From contig NC_092674.1 in NCBI RefSeq assembly GCF_964355755.1, forward strand, positions 19,840,001 to 19,904,000: a stretch of DNA of 64,000 nucleotides, in the 5' to 3' direction. Both the position numbers and the translations under genes were made by a program. This DNA is from Antedon mediterranea. Taxonomy: Eukaryota > Animalia > Echinodermata. Positions 49,942 through 64,000 of this stretch are shown in pieces; positions within the stretch are counted from its first letter, which is position 1; every line of letters starts with the position of its first letter. The notes under the pieces were generated by a model, which made no database searches, had not been told where the DNA came from, and saw only the letters and a program-made list of their open reading frames with translations.

Positions 49942-52900
49942 ATGTCATCCATTTTGTTAGCGCAAGAGTCTCAAATTGACATGAGTTATGCTTGTCAAGG
50001 TGACCAGACAGTTCAAGAAGATCATTGTAAGTTCACATGCAGAGATTAGTAAACATAGTAATTAAGTGAGAATATCAAACAGCCAGAAAGATACAAGCAG
50101 AGATGTATCATCTATGTCCTAGGTTGGCTAGGATTCATTCCGCATCAGTCAACCCGGGAAATTCAATGACCAAGATAAACTGCACTGTTGCACTAGCTTA
50201 CAATTGTACATTTGTTCCTAGTTGTCTATGACCCAGTTTACACAATTATGGATAAATCTTCTCAATTTACAGTTTATGAAAGTGATTACTGATATATGAT
50301 TTATTTTAAAACAGCTTTTTAAAATTTCAATCTTTCATAAATATATACATAAAATAGTAGATTTGAATGTAAATGTTTATCACAGGTGAAGAAGAAATGA
50401 TACCACTTGATGTTCGTATTTGTGTTGTTGGTGAAGTACTTGCTGATAAAATTGAGCTTGCACGTTCCTTAGAGGTAAGATTTTTGTGCCTTTTATTATT
50501 TAAGAAGTAAATGCTTTGTGAGGAAAAGAGTAAGAGTGAACAGAGTTATGGATTCATAGTAGTTTCTTGTTTTATATGTTTAATTTTGTGACAACCGATG
50601 ACTTATGACATCCTATGAAGGTACTATTCACGTTGTTACGTTTGGTTTGGTAAAGTTGCCAGACTCAATTTTCATTGATTCTAAATCCAGATGACGACCC
50701 CACATAGATTATGTTACATTTTGACCCTTTTTTGGGTCTACAATCGTCACAAAAAAATGAGAAATTGGTTAAGGACATTGTGTTTCATTGTTGCTAACTG
50801 TTTTTGTGAAAGAGAGAAGATTATTATAATTATTATGTGTGTTTATTAGAGAAGTATTCATTGTTAATAATCAACACAGAGTCATATACACCACCTGTAA
50901 TTATTAACCAAAATGTTTGTTAATGTCAATGCTTTAATTTTGTAGAAACTGAAGTTTCCTGTTTTGTACTCGCCTGATGGTAGTGAATATTACCAGCACT
51001 CTGAGCAGTTTGACACTGTGTTTGTCATTGATAATTTTGAAGGAGCCTTATTCAAGAGACTAGCGCAGTCAGAACATCGTGTTATTGGACCTTCTGTTAT
51101 CTTGAGTTGTGCGAAAGATGCTCAGGTTTGTTATATCTCAGTCATTTCTGTTTAATCAAAGAAAATCATCTATTGCAAAAATTTTGGTACAGAAAGCTTA
51201 TAGGTGTCATCAAATGTATACTGACCACCTAGATGTATATTGTTATATGTAAACAATAAAGCATTTTTGTAATGCACATCCAATGCCAGCAAAGTGATTA
51301 CTTTGGTCAGGGAAGAGTCAAATTTCACTACTTTTCCCTGCATTGGTTACATCATCATGCTTATAAAATAAGTCTCATTTAAGGCCTGTAGAGTGAATTA
51401 AAAGCAGGGTAAGGAGTAAACCCCTGACCTTGGGATTGTATCTTATCTGCCTGGTTTTTATTTTATTAAATGACCATGGATACTGTAAACTTTGAAATTA
51501 TTATTATTATTATTGTGTTTTTTAGCAACTTCCCTATAACTCAAGGCCTGTTTACTGCCAGCATATGTCAAAACTTGTTGTTTGCTTCACTGGATTTCTG
51601 GAGAAGGAACTCCTAAAAAGAATGGCAGAGCTTGTACATCACATGGGAGGCAGTGTCCGTAGAGAATTCACTTCTAAAGTCACGCATCTCATTGCTAACA
51701 CACCTTCTGGAAATAAGTATAAGGTGAGAAAGTATATCAAATTTGAAATTGATAATTTGTCATTGAAACTTGTGACCTGTGTATTCACACTTAAAAGGAC
51801 AATTGACAGATAAATAGGTAATAATACCAGCTGCTGAATACCATGGGATTTTAACATACTTGAAAGGCCTTTTAAAGCTTGGTATTTTTAAAATGGTATC
51901 GACTAATATAATTATGTTGCATCTAAATTATTGTAATATTTGGGATGGAGAAATTGTGGCATATTGATATTGCGTAAACTGAACTGGCTTCCTCATTTAT
52001 AATAAACAATCTATTGGACTATTCTAGTTATATCATTTTTAAATATTAAAACCCTATTTTTTCACATTTATTTTCTGTAAATTTAAATATGATTTTGTAA
52101 AAATGAAAATAATTATCTTCCTTAAGCTGCTTTCACATGACAGCCAAATTTGATCCAGCATCTGGCATCCTGAGAAAAATTTTGTGGAAAATGGATTCAG
52201 TGGTAAAGCATAGGATTGTTCATATAAAAATCATACAATTTTAATCCATACCTAATTCGAACTCGAGCGATGGGTCAAGAAGCCATTTGCTGAAATTGTA
52301 CAATTTTTTCTTTTGACTGAATGACATCGCTAGACAACGGATTATCAAATTCATGCTCGATGTGAAAGCTCATTCATAGCTGAGGAGCTATTGAAGTAAT
52401 TGCCTGCAGATATACAATCATTAGGTCTATGTAGTCTTGAGATCTTTCCTAAATTACAGGTTAATGTGTACACATTGTGTGTGTGAAAGATAAATAAAGA
52501 AAGTAATAATTTTTGCTGAATTTTATTACGTTTTAGGCTGCTGTGAGTCTGGGAACTCCTGTCATGACACAACAGTGGGTACATGAGACCTGGAAGAACC
52601 GTGATGATATCAGCATCAGTTCACTCTCGGACAAAATGGTAACTTAATTTTCAAAGATTCACTTCCTACCTGTTTATTTGCAGTTAAATTTTAAAACAGT
52701 ATAGCTACTGTATTATTAAATATTAATAGTTCATATTAATGCATTGAATATAAATAAGCTGGATATGAGAATGGTTCAACCATCTTCTTGACAAACTTTG
52801 AAGATTGTGTCTTTAAAAGTAATAGGGACTTTACGAAATAGGGTAGTACGACAAATATCCTGTGTTCGCTAGAGCATAAAATCATATACAGTCAACATAG

Positions 52901-55900
52901 CCGTTTTATTAGTTAAGCACCATTGCGCGAAGACGACAACGACCGACATTCTCTCCACACCTGACTCGTGGCGCTGGGCCTTCTACAGAGCTTGGCTCTG
53001 GTGATACATTAGCCTTCCTAGCTAGGGCCTCGCATTCAAACGCCGCTTTTAACACAGCCATTTTAACCCAATAAAAATGTTATTTCATTAAACAATTAAA
53101 TTAGAAGTTCAAATGTTATTTAGAGTTTTAAAAATTCCATGTTTAAGTGTAATTTGAACTGTGATTTAACGTTATATTAACATTATTTCTAGTCGTTATC
53201 CGTAAATGGCAAAATGGCAGCTTTATCGTTCTCAAAAAGTTAAAACGACGGAATTTCACGCTAAGCTCCGCCCACTTTGTTAAAGCTCATGCATATGAGC
53301 GCTGTCCTGACTTTATGGCTTCCCGTCATGTTTTGTAAAGTCCCTAATTACACCAAGTAGAGAGAAAGCATTTGTTTTGTAGATTTTCTTATCAGAATAG
53401 TCACAATCATATACAAATTACTTTCAATTCTTAAAAAGCCCTACTTTCAGTTTTTGTCATCTCTACGTAGTGAAAGTGAAATCACTGACTTTCTGTTTTT
53501 GTCATTTTCTTGAATATGTTTCTATAAATATTTATCAGATGATGTATAAGATGAAGCCCTTTCATAAGTGTGTGTTGAGTTTTATTGGATTTTCTGAGGA
53601 AGAACAAAAACAAATGCAAGACATTTCTACAGAACAAGGTAAGCCTTTCAGCTGAATTGTATGTATGTGCCTTTCATCTGAAGTGAGTGAGTGGCCGAGC
53701 GGTTAAGACAGTGGAACCCTAATTACGTAGCCATAACATCGGCAGGGGTTCGAGGCTGACTCACTCCATGGTTCTGGTGGTAGAATGAGTCTTCTCGGAT
53801 AAGGATTATAAACCGTAGGTCCAGTGTACACATCTAGCTCGTGTGCACTTTAAAGAACCTAGTACATCTTTCGAGACAAGTAGGGGGTTACCCCGGTGTA
53901 CTAGAACATCACAGCCACTGATCACCAACTGGGCCCTCTGGGAGACCAGTCTTTGACTTAAGAGGTTACCCAGTATAAATATATATTTCAATTCAATCAA
54001 AGTAATTATGTATTTGATTTATTTCAATACCATACAAGAAGAAAATATGACAGGTACAAACAACAAAGATGTAGTCATTACCATGGTGTCAGCTATCTGA
54101 ATCCCCGGTTTCGATCCAAGTCGGCCCTAAACCGTCTCGGCCCCAAGTCAAGTCGGCCCCAAGTTAACTCGGCCTCAAGTCAACTCGGCCTCACGTCAAC
54201 TCGGCCAAAAAATAATCGGTCAACTCAGCCCCGTTAAAGTATGGAACGCAAAAAGTGCAAATGAAGGGGATTGATAAAATAATATTTCTTCTTTTTTAAC
54301 TATGAATAATTCTGACTTTTAATGAATATTATTATTTAGACAATAATATATTTAGCAAAAGAAATAGGAATGATTTCACCAACTTTCCTTTAATTATTTA
54401 CGTTTAATAAAATTTCGTAGCTGAGCCTCCCTGCGCGTTTGCCAGCTTTTTCGATATCTACAACTGCTACGTGTTTTCGCTGACCGGGGGATTCCCCTTT
54501 TTTAAAAACGCAAATCATGCACAAAAACGATGTACGATCATTTTTTCTATGGCCAAATGGTGGAACGTATGCCTCCGTCTTCGATTTCCTAATATACGGT
54601 ACCTGCACGTGTTTTTTTGTAACACGCGGGTACTTCTATTCATATCGGCAATGAGTTCATTTTTTTATATGATATTATATTTTTTATTTCTTCATTTTTT
54701 TTAAAACGTGGATAGTAAGAATCGTAATAATATTAAGCACTTTTTGCGTTCCATACTTTATTGTGGCCGAGTTGACCGATTAGTTTTTGGCCGAGTTGAC
54801 GTGAGGCCAAGTTGACTTGAGGCCGATTTGACTTGGGGCCGACTTGACGTGGGGCCGACTTGACTTTGGCCGAGACGGTTTGGGGCCGACTTGACCTGCA
54901 CCCGAATCCCCACATCCTAAAGGGCTTCCCTTCTACATAAAAACAATGTCTTTTTGATATGTAACTCAAAATTGATAATAAGCTTAATAAAATAGAAACA
55001 TAGGTATAACTTAAAGATGTATTGTCCCTTTAAACACAAAAAAATGAAGGTCAAAATATTCTAAATTTAAAGTGGCCATATCAAAGTAATATTAAAGTTA
55101 TTCACTTTTAGTCGAAAATTTGAGCCAAAAAACAACAAGTTTACGTAATTAACAGGTAAATTAGTTTGATTACATTTCATCTGGAAAATCGTCACGAGCG
55201 AAAGTAAACAAAGATTTCAAACCATGAGTATGCATTACGCATATGCTAAATTAGGATTGTTTACAACTCGTCACTGTTAAGAAGGTATTTTCACACAGAT
55301 CATGAGGAAGTTTTATGATTATGCATACAGAGTAGCCAAACAAGCGCGTTTCATTATGGGATATGTTTTGATTGAAAACTTTGACTGGAAGTCAAAGTTT
55401 TTTTTTAAACAAAAAAACGTCTGTATTTCAATTAAATTTTTTTTTTTTTTCCAAAAATTGTTGGTGATAGTTAATAACTATTATGATACTTCAAAATGAC
55501 CCACCTTTTTTCGTAATCTTTTATTTTTTTTTTTTTTTGGAATTCAAAGGGACAATACATCAAATCAAAAAATGTTAAAACTGCCTCAATATAAATTTAT
55601 TAACACAACATGTTTCGGACATAGCCCATCATCTATATATAGATGATATTGTGTTTTCAACGCAACTCTACAATTGTCAATTGAATAAAAAGAAAATACC
55701 AATTTATTCAATACCAATTATTTGTACTCATACAGGTGGATCTATATCAGAGCCTTCTGATCAATGCTGCACACACATTGTCGTCGATGATATCAATTTA
55801 TCGTCATTACCATTTGAAGTACGCCCAAAGCTGACTGTTGTTAAACAAGAGGTACGTAAGCTACAATGATATCCTATATGCTAAAATATTACTGATGAAA

Positions 55901-58900
55901 TTGATAATTTTTAAATAATAATTATTTTATATAGAATCTATCAAGATTAAACAATTCATTCTCTGTTGATTTCTCAAAACACATTTGTACATAGAAACTT
56001 TGTCCAAGTGCCTCTGAACATTACTTTATGGCTATAACATAAGTCTGATTGATTGATGTTTGTGCTTGTACCTTTGGACAATGCATATTTAAAAAGAATT
56101 TTTTTTGCAATTAATAAAATCCATTTCTAATTTGTAGTGGTTTTGGAGCAGTATCAAGATTGATGCATGTGCTGATGCTGATATGTACATATTTAACAAG
56201 GTAAAACTTCATAGATGTTTACAATTATATGATGATTAAATTGTATCATCGTGTTTATAAACTCATGGTGCTTGGTCCGGATTGAGCCCTTGGTTCACCA
56301 AGCTACGACTTTGAGAAGACTTGTACTGTTAAGCGTGAACTTTATTTATCTCTACTTTTATGACAAACACAAACGAAACTAATTAAGTATTTTCTGAATT
56401 ATATTATTTTGAAGATGGCAACACCAGCAAGATCAACTTCTGTGTCAACCCCATCATCCAAATCTCGAAAACGTCGAAGATTGCGTGAAAGTATCGCTCA
56501 ATTTAGCCATGACACAGATAACATGGAAACGCCAGGGTTGCCTCGGAAGCGTAGATCAAGCGTGTTAAATGAGACAGGGATATCAGCATCGTCAGTTCTG
56601 GATGCGTCGCAGACACCAGAGACTGCTTCTATGATGAATGGTGAGTTTTATAATAAATATACAAGACTAGTTTCCATAAATTGCAAACCATCGCTATAGC
56701 ATTTCTATTACAAATAATATGACTAATGACTCTACATTAGCGGGTGCCTGGCTAGTTCTTGTTTTAAAATCATTAAGAGTCTTTCAACAGATGTAGGTAC
56801 AGATTTCCACTGAATATTAGCCTTCCAATTGAAAGGATCTCAAAAGTGTTTTTTTTTTTTGTTCCTATTTGGTATTGAATATTTTTTTTATTATTAATGT
56901 CTTTGATTTTGTTCTTAGGACTGTGCACTCCAGTAGAAGTTGATCAAACCCCCAAACAACCAGTTTCAAGGCGACAACAAACTATGATGGAACTACTGCA
57001 AACAGAAACCAACTATGTAGCTATACTGAGTACAATTATTAAGGTGGATCACATTTTTGTATATTAAATAGGTTTATTTTTGCAATCTAAAATGAAAACA
57101 AATCTTATCAGTTTGATAAACCAATTGTATTTAAAAAAAAACTCTGGTAATTAATAGTAAAATCTAATTTTGTGAAAAACATATTAATCCTGCAGTAAGA
57201 ATGTTATACAAGATGAAAGTTTGTTTTCCTGTAATTCAGAATAAAGCATAGCATTTGGTGGATAATGGTGGATACAATAGTTGCCACTACTTCTATTTAG
57301 TCCTGTTTTATTTAAAATCTAAATCCCCTGCTTGTAATTTCTTGAAGATTTTCAAAGAACCTCTTGAGCAGCATCAGGTTGGAGGTGCTCTACTGCCACA
57401 AGAAGACATCAAGACCATGTTTGGCAAGATTCCAGATATCTACTACGTTCATCGACGCCTCAAAGAAGACCTTCAAGAACTGCTCAAGGACTATTCAGAA
57501 GAGAAAAGTATCGGAAATATTATTGGGAAACATGTACGTCTACTACTACTTTCTAACATTACTGAGTGTTAGGGAACTTTTGATTTGTGATGACCTTTAT
57601 CCTTTGACCTATTCTGTCATTTGTCGGACCTAGAATCCACCAAAACTGAATCAAGTTGAGAAGCATGCCCATATGTCCCTGCATGCACACGATTAAACAT
57701 AACTAGTTCCTATGTAAAATCGAAATATCCCTTGTATTCAATCAGTACCTCAAAACCTCCACCGTGTACTTAAGTAATGAATGTGATGCTTAACTTGATA
57801 TTGTTAAAATACAACTACTGTTTGTGACACACTTCTGCTATTTTAATGTTTTCATTCTCAAAATAGAGGTATTAAAATAACAGAAGAATTTGCAACATAC
57901 ACATACTGGCATAATGCCTTAATTAAATTATCTTATACATGCTGTATATTTTCTTTCAACATTTGGTTGTTCATATTAATGCAATGTTGGTATTTTATCT
58001 TGTAGTCTGGAGATATAATGAAGGCATACCCACCATTTGTCAACTTCTATGAGATGATCAAACAAACTGTAGAGAGATGTGAGAAGACTCAACCACGCTT
58101 TCATGCTTTTTTAAAGGTAATAAATACAATCAAAAAGCTCAGGTCTGCATTAACATTAATGTCCCTGCTTCTAATCCATTGCATCAATATTATTTTGCTC
58201 TGTCTTTAGACTGAGAATGAGTGATCCCAAAATATAATATCAGCCATTTATGTACTGTATCATGATACAATAGTTTATTAGTAATTGTACTATTTAGTTC
58301 CATCAATATTTGTGTCGTTGTCAACCTTTTTCATAAATTTTTGTCAAAATTTACATAGTTTTAAATTAATTCCTAATGATCAATTTGATTTAGATTCAAC
58401 AAAGTAAACCAGAATGCAGTCGTCAGAGGTTAGCAGACTTGTTAATCAGACCAGTTCAAAGGTTACCTAGCATGATCCTGCTACTGTCAGGTAAATTATT
58501 TAAGGCCTCTTCACACATAAAATGTAATAAACTGGATTGATACATTCACACATGCTAGGTACAGTGTAAAGTACAGACACATTAAGGGTCACCTTCAATT
58601 GAAGTTTTTAAAACCAGTTCTTTTAATATCTCTGTAATATCTCAACATTTTTTATATTTTATTTAATAATTATATTTCCTAGCGTTTATGGGACAATCTG
58701 CAGATTGAAACTGCTTATAAGTATGACATTGACAAATTAACATGTAGCATTTGTTTGCATAGATTTTTTAATTTGTTACAATCCAAGTACATATGACATC
58801 TGGCCCTAGAGTAATACAGTGCTCAGAATAATTTTGACATAACATTGTATTTAAGGTGCAACATTCTATAGTCTCATATGACCTTTTTCTTGTGGATATG

Positions 58901-61900
58901 TTAATACTATTATTATAGTTTATACTATATTGTTATTAATGTTTATAATTTCTATTTTTTCTTTCAGTTATTATAGCAGTTCATTTTCAAAATCTTTATG
59001 TGATTTAGCATTCTTAAGTTTAAAATAATGTTGACAATTGTTTTCACTCTTTGTTTTTTCTATGAAGATCTTTTAAGGCGGACAGACAAGTCAAACCCAG
59101 ATCACTCAGCTTTAGAAAGAGCACTTGATTCATTGAAGCAAGTCACTGAGTAAGTACAAATATATTTACATTTTTGTTTGAAATTAAACCTATCTTTCCA
59201 TGCACTAAAGTTAAGTGTACATATAACAGACTTAAGGCCAATTTACACAGTCGAGCGAGAAAAGCATGTAACTTCTCCCACATAGAATCTGTGTATATTC
59301 TGAACGGGTTTACGCTCAACCACCTGTGTCGTTTTGTGTAAATGTTAATAAGAAATAGCGTAGATTCTATATTTTTGTTTTAACACTTACCATTAATGCT
59401 CGTCTGTGTAAATTGGCCTTTAAGCTGATTAGAATCATATCCATATATGATCAGTTTACATGCATCCATGTTGTTGCCCATCCAATGTCACTCCTACAGG
59501 TTTTAAAGGTTTAAGTACCTTCCAATCATATTACAACCTGGTTATATCAAATGTTGTGTCTTGCTTGAATGCTAAAGCTAAGCGAGAGAAATGAGTATGT
59601 AAACATGGCTACATTAACTTGTGACAAAACAAAAGATGAATTATCTGAAGAGAAAATTTGTTTAAATCTAGACATATAAATGAGGATAAACGCAAGACAG
59701 AAGGGCATACTCAGATGTTTGACGTCATCAGTGAAATAGATGGTGTTCCGCCAACACTTTTATCTGCCCATCGCAGCTTTGTCACAAGGATTGACACTAT
59801 AGAGATTGGTGATCGTGAACATGGCAAGGGGGATAATTTCTCAGAAAAGGGAGGGAGTGTATCAATGTTTTTATTTACAGATTTATTAGAGGTAAGATTT
59901 AAACAAAATATTTGTCTTTAGATATCAGTTAAAACTTTAGGCTAACCATTAAAAAGGCAGTAATAGAACCATTGAATAGAACTTTTGTCCAATAGAAAAT
60001 AGAATAGAATAGAAGAGGTGAACATGTTCTAAAAATTGTTTAAAAACAAGGCATGAGTTCTAATAAAATTGCTTGTCTATAGTATATTAGTTACTCTCTA
60101 TAGTAACACTCTTACATATGGAATAGAGCAAAATAGAGAATGAAATCATTAACAGAAACTGTAGCAATGAAGAACAATTAGTATTAATTTTATTTGATTT
60201 TAGATCTGTAAAAGAAGAAGTAAAGCAAGCACAACATCTCATAAAAGTCCTGCTCTTAGCAAGACATCCAAATACTACAAGCATATTGAATTGTTACCAT
60301 TATCGCATATAAGGCGAGTGTTGGATGTTAAAGAAACGGAAGGTAAGGAAATGCATTAAAAAAATACAACTTTATAAATGTCGGTTCCATATGCGTATTA
60401 CATTGGATGGAGACGGCTTACTTGAGTTTGTAGCTATTAAAATATACAATAAATTTCAAAGCTGACAGCCAATCAGGTGTTGTTTTGTTTTTGCCATCTA
60501 TTATTAATAAATGGTCTTATTAAAAGTTATTTATTAAAATGTGTACCATTAAATATGATATGTTTATACTAGTTTACATCTATAATTCCATATATTTTGA
60601 GCTGTTTCTATGCATCAACTTTTTGAAGTAAATCTTGCATCATACTGTAAGTATGTAAGTGGCATAATGCATTGTTTCAATAACAAATTATTACTGCTTT
60701 CAGATTGTAAAAACACATTTGCATTGCTTTGTAAACCACCAATGGAAATATCGGACCGCACCGACAGACTGTTTATGTTCACATTGACTGGTGATGAAAA
60801 GAGTAAAACACAATGGTTAAAGACACTCTCACAACACATGGCAAATATAACATGTAAAGCCAACTCGGTAGGTTTACTTATTTCTAATCTTATTCTACTG
60901 GGCCTTTTACATTACCACTGCTTTATCATTTGTGAATAGCATACTGTACCAATTTGTATATAATTGGTAATGATGGTTTTATTCTGGACATACAATATGG
61001 TATGAAAGAAAGCTCAAAGGATTTCTTTAGTATTATGCCTAGGCTTTTCAATATTAGAGACAATTTTTAAAGATGTATTGCCCCCCTGAAAAAAATGATT
61101 CTTAACAATTTTATTGTTGAATATGCCATTTTAATGTCACCTAATATTTATCCACTTTGACCAAAAATTGAATAGAAAAGAAAATGTATATACAACATAT
61201 ACTCAAATTGGCTTTTGTTGAATTTAACCATTTATTTTGTTATTTTATAAGTGAAAACATTTTTTTTTCTACAAAAGTGATTAACCTTATTAAAACTTAA
61301 AATAAAATTAAAACAAAATACTGTAAACTATTCAAAGTGTGTTTTTATTAATTTTTATTTTTTTGGTAGACAATACATCTATAAATAAAATATGTATATC
61401 CACTGATACTAGCTATGTAGACACAAAGTATGCTGAACTTAAGTACACTAATATCTAGCAAAATATGCATTTATCATCCAACCAGTTAACTACAATGGAT
61501 AAATAATGTAATTTTAGTTACTGGCAAATGTTACATTCTCCATCTGTTTGATGCACTTTTTAAGCTCTGTCTACACTAGTTCGATAACAAAAAAAGTGTG
61601 ATGTACCCAAATGTGGTAGTGATATTCCCAAATACAGTAGTGATATGACATCATCATGTCCATGAGTATATCATATTTTTTTCACATAAAGTGTAGACAA
61701 AGCTTTACACATAATATTCTAAAGTATGCTTTAGTTTTTCATCACTGCTACGACATTCAACTGGCATTCACCTACATTTGATATTTTGAGTTCTGCACAC
61801 CGGTAAGTTGATTCTGTATTTATTTATTATTAACATATTGTTTTCTTTTTCAAGGCAAGCTTCATACTTAAAATTGAACCAGAGGAACTTGAATTGAGTA

Positions 61901-63083
61901 AAAGTGATTTTGAAAATAGTAAACTTGGAAAAGCAATGAGGTAATTTTATATATAATTTGTTTATTAGTTAGAAGGTTCGTCTGGATCCAAAACAAAAAA
62001 AAATCTATAAAATAGTTTCAGGGATGAGATTTCTCCGTGGAGTGAGTGACCCTGAAGTCTTTCTTTTTGGTGCGAAACTGCAATAGCGCCGGAAATATTA
62101 AAAGTTTTTCTATTTTTCTGTTACTGTATACTTTTTGTCTTTATTTTAAAATTAAAATTGTTGTAAAAGATGAAAAAAGTTTATTGTACTGTATCTTGTA
62201 ATTGTTATTTTTAATAGGAAAGCAAAGAAGGCAACCAGAAAGGTTGGCAGGACATTCTCATGGAAAGGAACGCCGCATCGTTTACAACGAGCTATGTCAT
62301 CTTTGTCAAACGCCAGTCCTATGTTAAATGACCAGGTGACAACGTTAGTTGGCACACCAAGGTCAAGAACAGGTGCCAGACTGGCGTCAGTAGCCACACT
62401 CTCACGGGTATGTTTGATTGATTTATTTCAGGTTCTACCATATTTTAGTGCCAGTTTAATGTGTTTTACTTAAGCCCCTTTCTCACAGAGCTGTGTGCCA
62501 GGAATATTGCGTGAATATACCATTACCATGCCGGTATGGTTTTCTGTGAGAACGGGTCGTCTCGTGGCATCATGCCGGCATCGACATGACCTGCTTTAGA
62601 CCTAGTAATATTCTAGGGATATTCCCCGCAATGCCAGACGGGAATTCTGTGAGAACGTAATGCCGTTATATTCCGGGGTTATATTTAATTCCCCATCAAG
62701 GTATATGCCAGTAACGATACCGGCACGACGCCACCATAATACCGGTATATTGCAGGCACATCTGTGAGAAAGGCGCTTTACATCCTACTTTATTCATTTT
62801 TATGCAAATCAAAATCCAATTGATTCAAAACTAATGATAATATTAGTCCATTAAATCATTTAAATTTAAACAATGTTTAATTGGAATTATGACATTTAGA
62901 AGTAAAGCTCCTCCAACACTGATAGTGCCATCACATTAAAGACAGAAATAAATAACATTTTAATTTTATTCTTCTTCTTCTCGTCATCAGGTTATGTCAT
63001 CTCCTGTGCGTTCTCGGCCTCCACATACACCCAAGATGATAAAAAATGCAACTATTGGGCCTTCGTCATCAAGTTGGTTGTGA
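49942..63083 (+). CDS. ECT2: Protein ECT2 (RhoGEF for cytokinesis: BRCT x3, DH, PH), 883 aa, 20 coding exons
   Basis: Exons 49942-50026, 50386-50474, 50946-51125, 51526-51723, 52537-52638, 53539-53638, 55736-55851, 56138-56200, 56415-56640, 56919-57043, 57348-57533, 58006-58116, 58394-58490, 59068-59149, 59672-59891, 60204-60342, 60704-60867, 61855-61940, 62218-62407 and 62991-63083. All GT-AG, phases consistent, 2652 nt total. Motifs VCFTGF..LVHHMGG (BRCT), VVKQEWFW, RKRRRLRE (NLS), ELLQTETNYV, YPPFVNFYE, PRFHAFLK, LLIRPVQRLPS, HINEDKRKTE (DH), basic tail KKATRKVGRTFSWKGTP. Confidence 0.96.
52824..53345. mobile_element. MITE (AGGGAC...GTCCCT, 3-bp AAT TSD)
   Basis: AAT|AGGGACTTTACGAAAT ... 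TGTTTTGTAAAGTCCCT|AAT. CpG-rich interior within a CpG-poor intron. Confidence 0.65.
53684..53995 (+). mobile_element. tRNA-derived SINE with Deu/Nin-type central domain
   Basis: A-box TGGCCGAGCGG (53692), B-box GGTTCGAGG (53747). Core GGATAAGGATTATAAACCGTAGGTCC...CACTTTAAAGAACC...CTTTCGAGACAAGTAGGGGGTTACCCCGGTGT resembles the DeuSINE domain (recall). Confidence 0.8.
54107..54903. mobile_element. MULE/foldback-like non-autonomous element with 16-bp subterminal repeats, 8-bp TSD
   Basis: ~150-bp inverted arms of (AAGTCAACTCGGCCTC)-type units, GG..CC termini, perfect TSD GAATCCCC (54099-54106, 54904-54911). Confidence 0.9.
55015..55561. mobile_element. Kolobok-type MITE (longer variant)
   Basis: TTAA|AGATGTATTGTCCCTTT ... 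AAAGGGACAATACATC. Confidence 0.75.
59235..59419. mobile_element. PIF/Harbinger-type MITE
   Basis: TTA|AGGCCAATTTACACAGTCGAGC ... GCTCGTCTGTGTAAATTGGCCT|TTA. Confidence 0.8.
61071..61380. mobile_element. Kolobok-type MITE
   Basis: TTAA|AGATGTATTGCCCCCC ... GACAATACATCT|ATAA. Interior shared with the 28527 and 35868 copies. Confidence 0.8.
61563..61704. mobile_element. PIF/Harbinger-type MITE
   Basis: TTA|AGCTCTGTCTACACT ... AGTGTAGACAAAGCT|TTA. Confidence 0.75.
62473..62777. mobile_element. PIF/Harbinger-type MITE
   Basis: TTA|AGCCCCTTTCTCACAGA ... TCTGTGAGAAAGGCGCT|TTA, with internal GCCGGTAT-type repeats. Confidence 0.8.
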
Positions 63084-64000
63084 GGTCACAGGTTAACTTG
63101 TGAATAGATACCGTTGAGTCTTTGCACCTTGTTTTATTACATCTTTATTGAATACCTGTAGTGGATCCTATCAAGTCTGTATATTATTCTCAATCAAACA
63201 ATTTTCAATATTGGATCCACCGGGATGTTTTATATTATTATACAATTAATGAAATCATATCTTTTTAAATTAAAAGTTTTTCAAGTATTATTGTAAAATA
63301 GTAAAATATTATAAATTTGAAAAATTGAAAAATCGATATTCTATGCAATTTTTGACAGCAGGAAAATAGTGGTGTTGCTCTTGATGTTCACCTCATTATG
63401 AACATCACATTATTTTGGCCACAGCAACTTTAGCACATTGATTAATGTCTTACTACTTTAATAACATTTCCACAATTTGTAAACAATTTCTATTACATTT
63501 GACAATATACTTTTACTGTCAGTCTTACTTGCATTGTACATAATAGTAGGTGGTGTGATAAAAAAAAAAGGATTCTAAAATAATATTTTGATTATATCCG
63601 ATATTAAGCAAAGTAAAACAATTATTTCATCACATCCTGATATAAGTCTACCATACTAGTTCAGTTATGTGTAAATAGGGATCACACTGGTAGTGGACTA
63701 TTATTCAAGTTATATTGTTGCTGGGCGTGTCTTTCACACATTTTAGTCTTATTTTAAAACCTAATTTCCAGTAAATTGGATTCAGCTTTACTTTTATAAT
63801 CTCACTTATGTTCAGAAGATAACATTCTTTTTATAGAATTCTAAATTGAAATAATAAATCCAAAAATGGTGAAAGAAAAGAAAGTTTTGTTTTGGTATCA
63901 CAGGATGATTTTTGTAGATGAATGTTTTGCGTTTCAAAATTGCACGATGTTGACTCAAATTTTACTAAAATAAGAGGCAACATCTACACAGTTATAAACC

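Overview
AT-rich metazoan genomic DNA. It is probably from an invertebrate deuterostome such as an echinoderm; this is inferred from the protein families, intron style and Deu-domain SINEs. Five spliced genes were assembled by hand with consistent exon phases: PNPLA4-like patatin lipase (+, 12896-23991), a secreted fibrinogen-domain protein (+, 31611-38665), PUDP/HDHD1 (+, 40752-43149), ZNHIT1 (-, 47765-44426) and ECT2 (+, 49942-63083). The rest is dense with non-autonomous transposons (MULE-, Harbinger-, Kolobok-, IS3EU-, P-like and Helentron-type), tRNA-derived SINEs and minisatellites, often nested. The main observations are: (1) a U12-type AT-AC minor intron inside the ZNHIT1 zinc finger; (2) PNPLA4 and PUDP linked in the same order as at human Xp22.31; (3) about 30 copies of the palindrome TAGGCCTA, clustered at promoters and CpG-rich DNA, absent from the CpG-poor interiors of the PNPLA4, PUDP/ZNHIT1 and ECT2 gene bodies, and in one case visibly written into a transposon copy; (4) a CCAAT + CDE/CHR cell-cycle promoter shared head-to-head by ECT2 and ZNHIT1; (5) a 3.3-kb foldback element. 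No novel protein-coding system was found. All counts are manual, and family and synteny statements come from recall and need database confirmation.
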